From contig NW_027139247.1 of assembly GCF_035084215.1 (NCBI RefSeq), positions 434,001 to 498,000 of the forward strand: DNA of 64,000 bases, given 5' to 3'. Source of the stretch: Heptranchias perlo. Taxonomy: Eukaryota. The position numbers and the translations under genes are program-made. Numbering within the stretch: the stretch's first letter is position 1; the number at the start of each line of letters is the position of its first letter. Below the pieces are notes generated by a model. It was not told the origin of the DNA and ran no database searches. It was given only the letters and a program-made list of their open reading frames with translations. Below are positions 1-13,210 of the stretch, piece after piece.

Positions 1-677
1 TCGATGAGGAGAGATTGAGTAGAATGGGCCTATACTCTCTGGAGTTTAGAAGAATGAGAGGTGATCTCATTGGAACATATAAGATTCTGAGAGGGCTTGA
101 CGGGGTAGATGCTGAGAGGCTGTTTCCTCTGGCTGGAGAGTCTAGAATTGGGGGCACAGGGCTCGATTTTTGGACGTCCGAGCCGGCGGTTCATGGCGGG
201 GGGGCTCCGAAAATCAAGGAGCCCGGCTCCAACCCGCCCACTTCCGGGTTCCCCAGTGACGCGCTTAGATGCACGCGCAGCCCCCGCATGCGGGACTCCC
301 GCTGGCAATTAAAGCCAGTGGGATTCCACTTAAAACAATTAATTAGATAGTTCAGGTTGTTTGCAGACCTGATTTGTAGGATATTTTAGGAGGGGTGGGC
401 TTTTCAACTCAACTGAGCGTTTTTCCCGTATTGGGGGAAACACTCCCAGTTGAAATGGACGTGTTGCAGCCACCAGTCTGTGGCAGCTGCAAAGGTCCAT
501 TTGACAGGTCGGGGGGGGAGACCCTCACTCATTGCAGGAGGCCACTCTCTTACTTTGGACAAAGTTTGGCCTCCACCACCCTCCTTCTAACAATAAAATT
601 CACAAACTTGCACACTTACCCCGGTGTGCAGACACATTTACCTACCTTGCGGACCCCCTCAAACATACATCTTCCAG

Positions 678-1126
678 ATGGGGGCCGCCGTAGCTGCAGT
701 CATGACCTCCTCGGAGGATGAACAGCATCACCAGCCTCACCAGCCTCGCCATCCACGCCGTCCACCTCTGACACGTGGAGCTCCACAACTCAGTGCTGTG
801 ACACATCCACCTGCACAGCAGGAGGGAGGGCTACCGCAGAGAAAGATGCATCGCAGAAGGCACTACCCTCACCACAGGGTCTACAGACCGAGGCTCAGCT
901 TCCTGGACCTCTCTGAGCAGCAGTGCACACGGAGGCTCAGAGTCACTCGACATGTAGTCGTAGACATCTGCAGCCTCCTTCATGCCGAGCTGCTCCCAGC
1001 TGGCCCGAGCACCATCTTCTTACCTGTCGCTGTCAACGTCCCCGCTGCCCTCAACAACTTCTCCTCCGCATCCTTCCAGGGTGCCACCGGGGACATCGCC
1101 GACATCTCTCAGTCGTCTGCACAAAA
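678..1126 (+). pseudogene. Harbinger (HARBI1-like) transposase, N-terminal relic
   Basis: YPHHRVYRPRLSFLDLSEQQCTRRLRVTRHVVVDICSLL...ALNNFSSASFQGATGDIADISQSS matches the Harbinger transposase N-terminus; no DDE core follows. Confidence 0.8.
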
Positions 1127-1691
1127 GAGCCCTGCAAATACACCTACACCCACTCTGCAGTGACACAATGGGTGGCATCAGTTGTGGGTCTTCATGGTGA
1201 TCCTCAGGAAAGGGCATTATTGCACAAACCAGACAAGATTTGCAAAGACGTGGCAATAGTGGTGACAATATAATATGTAATGTGAGTTAATCAGAAATCA
1301 AATATAAGTAAAAACCATGACAAACCCTCAAACACCCTTGTGCATCCCCTTCATGCTCACGACACGTTTGCCTTACGCTTCCTACTACACATATGTGATG
1401 CATGCCCTGTGGCTGCAGCACAGGTAGTGGCATGTGGGGTGAGGCTGACCGTGAAAGAGATGCATCAGAGGGTGAGTATGAGATAGAGCCATGAGATTGT
1501 ATGAGGATTGGGTTGAGTGGTAGTGGTGGGATGAGTACTGGTGAGGTGAGTAAGTGCAGGTAAGATGAGGATGAGCTTTGAGTGGGTTTGAGGAGTGATG
1601 TGATAGAGTAGTGTTGGCAGTGCAGAAGGAGATGTAGGGTGGCAGTGGTGATGTGGCAGACAGAGTGTAGGGGAATGAGTAAGTGTACTCA

Positions 1692-1925
1692 CTTCGGCTG
1701 ACCTAGTTAGGTAATTGAAGCGCCTCCTGCACTGTATGCAGGTGCGTGATATGTTGGTGGTGCAGGTGACCTCCTCTGCCACCTCGAGCCAGGCCTTCGT
1801 GGTGGCAGAGGCAGGCCATTTCCTCCCGTCCGCAGGGGAGAAGATCTCTGTCCTCCTCCTCCTCACCCCATCCAGTAGGACCTGGAGTGAGGCATCATTA
1901 AACCGGGGAGCAGCCTTCCCCCTGG
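1692..1925 (-). pseudogene. Harbinger Myb/SANT-like DNA-binding protein relic
   Basis: KAAPRFNDASLQVLL...RRRRTEIFSPADGRKWPASATTKAWLEVAEEV...RTCIQCRRRFNYL, followed by a gtgagt donor. Confidence 0.8.
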
Positions 1926-4900
1926 ACTGCGCCAGTCAGTGAAGGACTGTCCCTTTAAATAGGGCTCCTCCAGCTGACAGCCTATGATGCGGCTGCGCAG
2001 TCCGCCCGCTGCCCAGCTTTCCAGCGAGCGCGAAACCCGGAAGCCAAGGTAAGTGCCTTCAATTAGGCTGCGATCGCGTGTGGAGCACCCCGATTTCACT
2101 GGGTACGTTACCCACGCGCCCAGTCGACCCCCCGCTGCCAACCCGCCTCCCTCCTAAAATCGAGCCCATAGTCTCAGGATAAGGGGTCGGCCATTTAAGA
2201 CTGAGATGAGGAGGAATTTCTTCACTCAAAGGGCTGTGAATCTTTGAAATTTTCTAACCTAGAGGGCTGTGGCTGCTGAGTCATTGATTATACTCAAGGC
2301 TGAGATAGATAGACTTTTGGACTGTCAGGGAATCAAGGGATATGGGAATCGGGCAGGAAAGTAAGTTGATGTCAAAGATCAGCCACAAACTTACTGAATG
2401 GTGGAGCAGGCTCGAGGGGCCGTATGGCCTACTCCTGCTCCTATTTCTTATGTTCTTTTGTTCAACAGTAAGGGGAGGATGGACACAAAATGTACGCTGA
2501 GTGGGGACTTCAATGTCCACCACCAAAAGTAGCTCAGTAGCATCTGCACTAATGGGACACTTGTACTGAACCTAGATTTTCTGTACTCGGTAAGGTTTCG
2601 GTGCTGATTGTTGAATACCAATGCCGTTAAAGGAATAATACTGGTACATGGATTTGTGCATGTAGAGTAGAGGTGCTGCCATTGCAGTTAACGACACTGG
2701 TGGGGTCTAGTAATGGCGTGGATGCACAGAACGAAGGCAAGCGGGAGATATGCTTTGTTAACGGGTCAGGTCCTCCGATGTAAAATATCAGACATAACTT
2801 GTTCGCTGCAGTTTGTTCATGACTTGTTTTGCTGTTATGGAGCAGATTGTAATGGTTTCAAGGATTTGCAGTTGTGTTCTCGCGGTTGGATCACTGAACG
2901 TGCAGAACTGTGAAACACATAACGGAAACGGCTTGTTGAAGGGATGCATGTGTTTGTCCAGTTCCGAAGATGCTAAACCCGCAAAGTTTTGTTTCCTGTT
3001 ATTAGAAGAAGCTCTCTGCACATAAACCACAACTTACAACAAATGGAGAGTAGGTCACATTGCTTAAAGTATCCACAACATGTTCGTGCGCAGTAGTATC
3101 ACGTCGTTGACCATTCCTCTTATTTCATCCATTGTGCATACAAATTGGCTTAAAGTACAAGTCGGAAATTATAATGATATTCTAAATAATAAATGCATTT
3201 TCTTCCCGGTTTCTTTCGACATTCTCATCCTCTGTTTTTGTTAAATAGGATATTTGGAAGCTCCAGTGGACCCTTTAAATTTGAACATTACATTGGGAAT
3301 CTATTCGAATATGCCATTCCTCTTTAAAAAAGAAAGTGCCTCCGAGTGATGAGGAGGTGCGAAGGAGACTATCAGCCGAGGTCCCTTCAGTAGTACCTGC
3401 ACTGGTCACCATTGCAATAGTCGAATAAGACAAGGGCATTGTCCTGGTGTCTTGAGGAACATTCCTCCCGAAGTCAAAGCTACCAGCAGCAGATTATTGA
3501 TTCGGGTTTGAATGTAAAATAACTGCTGGGTTTTGAGAAGTTTCTGAGACCCGATAAAAGTGTTCAACAGATACAATTTCTTCTTCGTTTTAAATGATTC
3601 CAGGCTGATATCAATATTTGAGCTCCGATTTTAAGGGAAATGTGTTATTACTAAAGATTGATGTTAACTTGGCTGCATTCTACCAATAAAGGGAGACGGA
3701 TTGAATATTACTTAAAGGGGGAGTTAATTTATTGGAATGGTCAATAGTCCACAAGTACAAAATATCAGGAGGTGCGAGCGCTTCCTGGTGGGGCACAGAG
3801 ACAGATAAATCTGGAAAGTTCCATGATTCCACTCCCGCTCTGTGCTGTGCTGACCTCAGTCAGAGCCTGGTTACATCTCAGATCGGCAACCGAATCCAAT
3901 CCTACATCCCAGCCCTCCTGTTCCATTGTCTCTGTCCCAGTGCACTCTGTTCCTCCACCCCACGGTTTCCTGACCCTGCTCTCTTCAATGCTGCTCACTA
4001 CCTTTGTACATCTTTCCCCACTTTCAAACTACTCCTTGCAGCCTCATTTCACCATATCACATGTCGGCCCCTCTGCTAAATTATCTCCCGCTTCCGATTT
4101 CAAATTTCACCCAGCCCCGTACCTTAGGACATTTTGATGTCTTAAATATAATTTCTAAGGGTATGTTGGTGAGTCATCGTCTTGAACAGCTCATTGTCTG
4201 AGCTCACCCATGAAAACCAGAATGCATGTTGTGCTATGCGATGTCTGTTGGTTCCTATGAAGCTGTAAACTCCACCGTGAGTCACTGCCTGAAGGACGGA
4301 ACAAATAGTGTTCACTCCCCACCCCACCCCACAAAAAAATTAGAAACACTCTCTAAACTGTCCATTTCAATTCGGCAATAGTGAAAAACAGATGTGGAGT
4401 TTTAAAGTTGTGATTTAATCGAAAATGTTCTGGTCAGTAATAAGAAATTAAATGTACGAAAATGAAAACATAGCAAAGTAGAGTTTGGTTTGGTGTGTAA
4501 AGAATGCTTTGGGCCCATCACTCACCACAACAGGGAACAGCTTTCTTTGTGTGATGCAATTGCATAGACTTTACAGCACAGAAAGAGGCCAATCGGCCCA
4601 ACCGGTCTATGCCGGTGTTTATGCTCCACACGAGCCTCCTCCCACCTTAAACTTACCCTATCAACATATCTTTCTATTCCTTTCTCCCTCATGTGTTTAT
4701 GTTGGTTCCCCATAAATGCACCAATGCTACTCCCTGTGGCGGCAAATTCCACATTCGAAGCACTCTCTGGGTAAAGAGGTTTCTCCTGAATTCCTTATTG
4801 GATTTATTAGTGACTATCTTACATTAATGGCCCTTAGTTTTGGACTCTCCTACTAGTACAAACATCTTCTCTAAATATACCCGATCAAACCACTTCATAA

Positions 4901-4951
4901 TTCCAGTTTTCTCTTTTCTAGAGAAAAGAGTCCCAAACTGTTCAATCTTTC

Positions 4952-5112
4952 AAATGTAAGGAATCTTACAACACCAGGTTATAGTCTCACCTGATGAAGG
5001 AGATAATCTCCGAAAGCTTGTGATTTTAAAATAAAATTGTTGGACTATAACCTGGTGTTGTAAGATTCCTTACATTTGTCCACCCCAGTCCATCACCAGC
5101 ATCTCCACATCA
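4952..5112 (+). mobile_element. Penelope-like element terminal fragment with inverted terminal segment
   Basis: Perfect ~35-bp inverted repeat (4952-4986 / 5043-5077); 13-bp TSD tgttcaatctttc (4939-4951, 5113-5125); internal hammerhead motif. Confidence 0.8.
4987..5023 (+). ncRNA. Minimal type I hammerhead ribozyme motif
   Basis: TCAC-CTGATGA-a-GGAG-ataat-CTCC-GAAA-gc-TT-GTGA: intact CUGAUGA and GAAA cores, stem I TCAC/GTGA, stem II GGAG/CTCC, palindromic AAGCTT in place of stem III. Confidence 0.75.
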
Positions 5113-5159
5113 TGTTCAATCTTTCCTGAGATGTATAACCTCTCAGTTCTGATGTCATT

Positions 5160-5430
5160 AGAGCCAGACCTTTCAGGAGTGAGATTAGAAAACATTTCTA
5201 CACACAAAGGGTGGTAGAAATTTGGAACTCTCTTCCGCAAACGGCAATTGATACTAGCTCAATTGCTAAATTTAAATCTGAGATAGATAGCTTTTTGGCA
5301 ACCAAAGGTATTAAGGGATATGGGCCAAAGGCAGGTATATGGAGTTAGATCACAGATCAGCCATGATCTTATCAAATGGCGGAGCAGGCACGAGGGGCTG
5401 AATGGCCTACTCCTGTTCCTATGTTCCTAT
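5160..5430 (+). mobile_element. Young CR1 3' end
   Basis: Nearly identical to 9308-9575 and to the reverse complement of 6612-6890. Confidence 0.85.
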
Positions 5431-6611
5431 GCCATCCTCGTAAATCTTTCTTGTACTTTTTTCACTGCTTCTATACATTTTTTTTGTAAGAATGAGACCA
5501 GAACTGTGCACAGTAATCTAAATGAGGTCTAACCAAGGTTCTATACAAGTTTAACATAGCTTCCCTGCTTTTGAATTCTATTCCTCTAGAAATTAACCCG
5601 TGTGCTTTGTTTGCACTTTTTATGGCTTTGTTAACCTGCGTTGCTACTTTCAATGATTTGTGAATCTGTACCTCTGGATCCATTTGCACCTCTACCCCAT
5701 TTAGACTCTTATTTTGCAAAGAGTGTGTGGCCTCCTTATTGCTCCTACCAAAATGCACCACCTCACACTTGAAGTAGATAATTGACCAACTGAGAGGAAA
5801 ATCCAGCGTGACGAAATCGTAAAGCCACACTTATGAGCGGGTTTGGGTTTTCCTTGTGCACAATACACAGAGGAAATCGTCTCCTGGATTTTTATTAGGT
5901 TCACACAGAATGGCGAGGAACTTTTTCCCTAAGATTTAAAATTAAGCAATGCATTTTAATATTGCAGAAAATTTCCCGGTAAATGTTTAAAACTGGGGTA
6001 GCACAGCTATTACTGCTGCCCCAACGCACACCCAGAGCTGTTCTCTGCTCCTCAGTGTTAGAGTGCAAAGAGCAAATGGGATAGTGATATTTCGGTTGGC
6101 CGCACACGGTGGGGCCACTGCGGGTCACAGAGCGGAAACCCCCTTCTGGAGCAGATGCGAGTGTTTGACAGTCTGTGGAACTCTCAGACCACAGTGTTTT
6201 CATTTTCTGTCAGCCTACATCGCACGCATAACCTCTCTGTAACCCCAAACCTAACAAACATAACTCGCATCAGGCAGCCTTCGACTTCCCAGATGCACAA
6301 ACTCCGTGTCCTCCCGAACTCTGTCTGAGGTTCAAAGCTCCTTCAATCCATCAGGTGCATGATCGCTCCTGAATAGCAGTGAGGAGTGTCAGTACGGGAA
6401 TAAATTGTCGTTCTACTTGTTTTATGACCAAGGAATGGGTGTTCGTGCTGCAATGGAGCACTTTCCACCTTGGATACCCAGTGTTAGTGACAAGCACCGG
6501 CAAGTCAGTTATTTGCCGCTGGACGCAGAGTGAAGCTCCCTCTCCACTCGCCGAAATAAAACTCCTCACATAAAACCTGGGAAGAGTGCCTCCTCCTGCA
6601 TCACTGTGGAA

Positions 6612-7183
6612 TAGGAACATAGGAACATCGGAACAGGAGGAGGCCATTCAGCCCCTCGTGCCTGCTCCGCCATTTGATAAGATCATGGCTGATCTGTGAT
6701 CTAGCTCCATATACCTGCCTTTGGCCCATATCCCTTAATACCTTTGGTTGCCAAAAAGCTATCTATCTCAGATTTAAATTTAGCAATTGAGCTAGTATCA
6801 ATTGCCATTTGCGGAAGAGAGTTCGAAACTTCTACAACCCTTTGTGCGTAGAAATGTTTTCTAATCTCGCTCCTGAAAGGTCTGGCTCTAATGTTTAGAC
6901 TGTGCCCCCTACTCCTAGAATCCCCAACCAGCAGAAATAGTTTCTCTCTATCCACCCTATCTGTTCCCCTTAATATCTTATAAACTTCGATCAGATCACC
7001 CCTTAACCTTCTAAATTCTGGAGAATACAACCCCAATTTGTGTAATCTCTCCTCATAACTTAACCCTTGAAGTCCGGGTATCATTCTAGTAAACCTACGC
7101 TGCACTCCCTCCAAGGCCAATAGGTCCTTCCGAAGGTCTGAGGCCCAGAACTGCTCACAGTACTCCAGGTGAGGTCTAACCAT
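6612..7183 (-). mobile_element. Young CR1 ORF2 3' fragment
   Basis: ORF 6701..7183: VRPHLEYCEQFW...[14 protein letters not shown]...KGIKGYG. Confidence 0.92.
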
Positions 7184-7849
7184 TTCCCATTCCCTTTAGT
7201 TCAAAGGACATCGATTCATTCCAATAAGTCTGTGTACAAATTATAATAATATTAGTCGACGTACTTTTATTCTCAATGTTAAACTAAGCAAAATAATTAC
7301 TGGCGTGTTTATCTGTTACGAATCACACACCAAAAACAAATTGTGCCTTATAGGCATTGGCATTTAGTCCAATAATTTTGCTTAACGCTCCCTCTACAGC
7401 GAAACAATGGTTTGTGTGCATTCGGTACAGACCTCCATGATGTCCGGTTTAAGTGTAAAATATTCACCTCCCGATATCAAGAGTTAATCATGTTACAGTC
7501 TGTCACATTCATGACTGTAAAGTGGACTTACCCCTGCCTGTCAAGCAACTGATACCCTGTATGAGGAATAAAAAGAAAAAGTAAAGTATCTTATAGGGGA
7601 CTATTTTTAAAAATCTAATATAATTTATTTCGCTTTTGACTTGCTGCACCTTTTATTATGTAATGTTTTGATAGGGTAAGACTGCCATGTGACAGTGAGT
7701 TCAATATATTCGATAGGTTTCCCTTCCTGACTCTACCCTTAACCCGTGGTACAGTATCGCGGGCAATGGCCGCCTTCCGAAATGGTCACTAAATTGACTG
7801 TAGGCAGTGAGCGCAAACAGGCTATTCGGCATGAGGTGGGGAGTAGCAA

Positions 7850-8260
7850 CAGAAAAGAAGTCAGTGATAAACCAGAGAATTATAGGCCAGTTATGTCTTA
7901 CTTCAGTTATTGATAAACTACTAGAGTCTATAATGGAGGGTGGAATCAAGGCGAACCAACATGGTTTTCTGAAAAGCTGGACCAACCTCATCTAATTCTT
8001 TAAAGAAACAGGAGAGACCACAGAGAAAGGAATTGCAGTAAATGTGGTTTATGTGGATCTTGGGGGGAAGAAAACATTTGATAATGTACCAGATAAGAGA
8101 CGAATGGCACATGGAATTAAGGGGAATGTGGCCGAATGGAATTAGGCCTGTTAGGAGGCAGATCATAAAAGCTATCGTTTTCTCGGACTGGGAGGATGTG
8201 GCGAGTGGTGTTGTGCAGGGGTCTGTGCTGGGGCCGCTCTTATTTACAGGTGGACACAAA
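7850..8260 (+). mobile_element. Old CR1 reverse transcriptase fragment
   Basis: CLTSVIDKLLESI...NQHGFLK and FSDWEDVASGVVQGSVLGPLLF motifs, with frameshifts. Confidence 0.75.
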
Positions 8261-8299
8261 GCAACCGCATTTAGGAATTGAGTGATTATGGGGAACTAT

Positions 8300-9012
8300 T
8301 TTTTTATTCGTTCATGGGATGTGGGCGTCGCTGGCGAGGCCGGCATTTATTGCCCATCCCTAATTGCCCTTGAGAAGGTGGTGATGAGCCGCCGCCTTGA
8401 ACCGCTGCAGTCCGTGTGGTGAAGGTTCTCCCACAGTGCTGTTAGGAAGGGAGTTCCAGGATTTTGACCCAGTGACGATGAAGGAACGGCCGATATATTT
8501 CCAAGTCGGGATGGTGTGTGACTTGGAGGGCAACGTGCAGGTGGTGTTGTTCCCATGTGCCTGCTGCCCTTATCCTTCTAGGTGGGAGGTGCTGTCGAAG
8601 AAGCCTTGGCGAGTTGCTGCAGTGCATCCTGTGGATGGTACACACTGCAGCCACAGTGCACCGGTGGTGAAGGGAGTGAATGTTTAGGGTGGTGGATGGG
8701 GTGCCAATCATGCTTTGTCCTGGATGATGTTGAGCTTCTTGAGTGTTGTTGGAGCTGCACTCATCCAGGCAAGTGGAGAGTATTCCATCACACTCCAGAC
8801 TTGTGCCTTGTAGATGGCGGAAAGGCTTTGGGGAGTCAGAAGGTGAGTCACTTGCTGCAGAATACCCAGCCTCTGGCCTGCTCTTGTGGCCACAGTATTT
8901 ATATGGCTGGTCCAGTTATGTTTCTTGTCAATGGTGACCCCCAGGATGTTGATGGTGGGGGATTCGACGATGGTAATGCCGTTGAATGTCAAGGGGAGGT
9001 GATTAGACTCTC
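8300..9012 (-). mobile_element. CR1/L2-group non-LTR retrotransposon 3' fragment (second family)
   Basis: ILGVTIDKKHNWTSHINTVATRAGQRLGIL...IYKAQVWSVMEYSPLAW; same family as 14885-15505. Confidence 0.85.
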
Positions 9013-9139
9013 TCAGGAGGACATAAGCAGGCCAGTCAGATCGGCAGCACGTGTAATCCAAAAAGAAATATGTGAAGTATTACGTTTTGAAGACAAGAAT
9101 AGGGAAAGGAAGTAAACCTGAAGTTGTATCAGTTTGAAT

Positions 9140-9575
9140 GGATTAAGCAAATTACACAAATTGGGGTTGTATTCTCTAGAGTTTCGAAGGTTAAGGGGTG
9201 ATCTGATCGAAGTTTATAAGATATTAAGGGGAACAGATAGGGTGGATAGAGAGAAACTATTTCCGCTGGTTGGGGATTTTAGGAGTAGGGGGCACAGTCT
9301 AAAAATTAGAGCCATACCTTTCAGGAGCGAGATTAGAAAACATTTCTACGCACAAAGGGTTGTAGAAGTTTCGAACTCTCTTCCGCAAATGGCAATTGAT
9401 ACTAGCTCAATTGCTAAATTTAAATCTGAGATAGATAGCTTTTTGGCAACCAAAGGTATTAAGGGATATGGGCCAAAGGCAGGTATATGGAGTTAGATCA
9501 CAGATCAGCCATGATCTTATCAAATGGCGGAGCAGGCACGAGGGGCTGAATGGCCTACTCCTGTTCCTATGTTCC
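9140..9575 (+). mobile_element. Young CR1 3' fragment
   Basis: ORF 9134..9496 is almost identical to the 6701..7183 product. Confidence 0.9.
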
Positions 9576-9749
9576 TTCCTATGTAAGCAGAATTTATGTC
9601 GAATGCATTGCTGACTGAGCAAATTTTAATTACAAACACACAGAGATAAAAACTTGTTGATATATTTATTCAACAAATATCAACTAATCGTTGCCCCTGA
9701 TCCCCTGCATAAGGACTATAAACTATAACTTTTGGCGTTCGAAACGCAA

Positions 9750-9980
9750 ATTTAAAAGCCGAAAGCTACCTCGATCCAGTGCTGTCTGAATGAATGTTAT
9801 TTCCTGTTTAATCAGAACCAGTTGGCTCTTGCACTTGCCCAAGATTTGCTTTCATTGACTTTAAGGCTTGCTCATCTGTGGTCCTCGGCTGCCTTTTCAG
9901 GCCCTGATCCCTCTGGTGTATTAACCCGGGGGGGTTCCAGGCTGAGAATGAATACGGCGTCTCAAGCACTTTGCCCTGCT
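9750..9980 (-). pseudogene. Decayed TRIM coiled-coil exon (paralogue of 36451-36684)
   Basis: Acceptor ttgccag at 9981; frameshifted translation IHQRDQGLKRQPRTTDEQALKSMKANLGQVQE/QLVLIKQEITFIQTALD aligns by eye with [49 protein letters not shown]. Confidence 0.6.
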
Positions 9981-10689
9981 CTGGCAACGCAAATAAATTC
10001 AAGGCACAGAAGTTCATCAGAAACGACGTGACTTGCATAAAAGTGAGAACTACAGATCTTAGTGATGTGACATCCGACGGTGATGTCGACAGTCTTGGCC
10101 TCCTCTTTACTTATTTTCCCATTTATCCTCTTAATGTAAGTATGACGTCAGTTTATCCTAATGTTTACGACAGTAAAAAAGAAAATATTTCCTCAATGCA
10201 ACATTTCACATCTTGTGTTCAGTATAACAGTAATTTATTGCAATATTCGGAAGCGAGGTGTTGGAACCAACCGGTGTTGAATTAATGTATAATAAATCTA
10301 AATAACATTTTTTCTTTGTTTTTATTTCCACAAGGAAAATCTATCACAAAATAAATATTTCCTATTCATAGCCCACTGTGAATGGTTGGCTGATAAACTC
10401 ACCATACCCATGTGATCATGCCATCACCTGATAAACTCATGCACAATCTCACCTGTATGCGGGTGCACACTAAATTATGGTACAAAACCGTGTGGTAGGG
10501 ATCGTTGCACGAGGCAACCACAGCACTACCCCGAAATCCCAGCACCAGTCTGCAGGACCGACCCACTCAGTCAATTGGGAACGACTGCATAAAGTTCACT
10601 TCCCAGTGCTCAGTATAATGTGCACCGAAGATTGCACTGTATGCAATGGGAACATTATATGTCAACTAGATAGATAGATAGATCACTGA

Positions 10690-13210
10690 ATCATAAAAAG
10701 GGTACAGCACGGAAGGAGGCCATTCGGCCCATCGAGTCTGAACAGGCTCTATGCAAGAGCAATCCAGCTAGTCCCTCTCCCCCGCCCTATCCCCATTGCC
10801 CTGCATTTTTTTTCCTTTCAAGTACTTACCCAGTTCCCTTTTGAAGGCCAAGATTGAATCTGCCTCCACCACCCATTTCGGGCAGTGCATTCCAGATCCT
10901 AACCACTCGCTGTGTAAAAAAGTTTTTCCTCATGTCACCTTTGGATCTTTTGCCAATCCTCTGGTTCTTGACCCTTCATGATTTCGAATACCTCTATTAA
11001 ATCTCCTCTCAACCTTCTCTGTTCCAAGGAGAACAACCCCAGCTTCTCCAGTCTATCCACGTAACTAAAATCCCTCATCCCTGGAATCATTCTAGTAAAT
11101 CTCCTCTGCACCCTCTCCAAGGCCTTCACATCTTTCCTGAAGTGCGGTGCCCAGAACTGGACACAATACTCCAATTGTGGTTGAACCAGTGTTTTATAAA
11201 GGTTCATCATGACTTCCATGCTTTTGTACTCTATGCCTCTATTTATAAAGCCCAGGACCCTGTATGCTTTTTAACCGCTTTTTCAACCTGCCCTGCCACC
11301 TTCAATGATTTGTGCACATATACCCCCAGATCTCTCTGTTCCTCTACCCCTTTTAGAGTTGTGCCCTCTAGTTTATATTGCCTCTCCTCGTTCTTCCTAC
11401 CGAAATGTATCACTTCACATTTTCCTGCGTTAAATTTCACCTGCCACGTGTCCGCCCGTTCCACCAGCCTGTCTATATCCCCTTGAAGTCTATCGCTATC
11501 CTCCTCACTGTTCACTACACTTCCAAGTTTTGTGTCATCTGCAAATTTTGGAATTGTGCCCTGTACACCCAAGTCCAACTCATTAATCGATATCAAGAAA
11601 AGCAGTGGTCCCAGCACCGACCCCTGGGGAACACCACTGTACACCTCCCTCCAGTCTGAAAAATAACCGTTCACCACTCCTCTCTGTTTCCTGTCCTTTA
11701 GCCAATTCTGTATCCATGTTCCTACTGCCCTCTTTATTCCATGGGCCGCAATCTTGATGATAAGCCTACCGTGCGGCACTTTATCAAACGAAAGTCCAAA
11801 TCAACTTCATTGCCCTCATCTACCCTTTCTGTTACCTCATCAAAAAACTCTATCAGGTTAGTTAAACACAATTTGCCTTTAACAAATACATGCTGACTTT
11901 CCCCAATCAAACCACACTCGTCCAAGTGACTGTTAATTCTGTCCCGGATTATTGTTTCTAAAAGTTTCCCCACCTCTGAGGTTAAACTGACTGGCCTATA
12001 GTTGCTGGGTTTATCCTTACACCCTTTTTTGAACAAGGGTGTAACATTTGCAATTCTCCAGTCCTCTGGCACCACCCCAGTTTCTATGGATGTTTGGAAG
12101 ATTATGGCCAGTACTTCCGCAATTTCCCCCCTTACTTCCCTCAGCAACCTAGGATGCATCCCATCCGGACTGGGTAACTTATCTACTTTAAGTACAACCA
12201 ACCTTTCAAGTACCTTCTCCTTACCAATTTTTAGCCCATCCAGTATCTCAACTATATCTTCCTCCACTGAAACTCTGGCAGCTTCTTCTTCCTTGGTAAA
12301 GACAGATGCAAAGTAGTCATTTAGTACCTCGGCCATTCCCTCTGCCTCCATGAGTAGATCTTCTTTATGGTCCCTAATCAGCCCCACCCCTCCTCTTACT
12401 ACCCTTTTACTGTTTACATACCTGTAGAAGACTTTTGGATTCTCTTTTATGTTGGCCTCTCTTTGCCCCTCTTATTTCCTTTTTCACTTCCCCTCTGAAT
12501 TTTCTATATTCTGCCTGGTTCTCACTTGTGTTATCAACCTGATATCTGTCATACGCCCCTCTTTTCCATTTCATCTTACTCATTGTCTCTTTTGTCATCC
12601 AGGGAGCTCTGGCTTTAGTTGCCCGATGTTTCCCTCTCATGGGAATGTACCTGGACTGTACCCGAACCATCTCCTCCTTAAAGGTCGCCCACTGTTCTAT
12701 TGCTCTTTTGCCCGCCAATCTTTGATTCCAATTTACCTGGGCTGGATCTGTTCTCATCCCATTGAAATTGGCCCTGCTCCAAATGAGTATTTTTACTTCA
12801 AAATGGTCCATGTGCTTTTCCATAGCTATTCTAAACCTTTTGATACTATGATCGCGACTCCCTAAATGCTCCCCCACTGACACTTGCTCCACTTGGCCTG
12901 CCTCATTCCCTAGAACCAAATCCAGCAATGCCTCCTTCCTTGTTGGGCAGGAAACGTACTGGTTGAGAAAGTTATCTTGAACACATTTCAAGAATTCCTC
13001 CCCCCCTGTGCCCCCTATATTATTATTGTTATCCCAGTCTATATTAGGATAGTTGAAGTCCCCCGTTATCACAACTCTAAGGCTTTTGCACCTCTCTGTA
13101 AATTCGATGCAAATTTGCTCCTCTATATCCTTCCCACTAGCTGGTGGCCTTTAGAACCCAGTAGTGTAATGGCACCTCTTTTATTTCTTACCTCTAACCA
13201 AATAGATGGA
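10690..13210 (-). mobile_element. 5'-truncated CR1 (endonuclease + RT ORF2, frameshifted)
   Basis: [34 protein letters not shown] and FADDTKL motifs in ORFs 12407..13072, 11734..12387, 11243..11779 and 10935..11219. Confidence 0.95.

Larger units (their letters stand above)
159..2167. mobile_element. Non-autonomous (internally deleted) PIF/Harbinger DNA transposon
   Basis: TIRs GGGCTCGATTTT (159-170) and AAAATCGAGCCC (2156-2167); 3-bp near-TSD aca/ata; convergent transposase and Myb/SANT relics inside. Confidence 0.88.
1..2460 (+). mobile_element. CR1 LINE 3' fragment (1-158 and 2168-2460), split by a Harbinger insertion
   Basis: ORF 15..: LYSLEFRRMRGDLIGTYKILRGLDGVDAERLFPLAGESR is the CR1 ORF2 C-terminus; the CR1 sequence resumes at 2168 (atagtctcaggataagg...) and runs into the CR1 3' tail. 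Confidence 0.9.
4570..5770 (-). mobile_element. Decayed CR1 ORF2 3' fragment hosting Penelope and CR1 insertions
   Basis: ORF 5471..5830: KCEVVHFGRSN...LYRTLVRPHLDYCAQFWS. Confidence 0.8.

Noticed and set aside
2560-3330. CpG-containing unique sequence with short ORFs (possible gene relic)
   Set aside because: No recognisable domain or consistent splice structure in any frame.
6180-6460. Candidate PRY/SPRY relic (APL...WEVEG)
   Set aside because: Motif spacing fits but identity is too low to call by eye; mentioned only as tentative.
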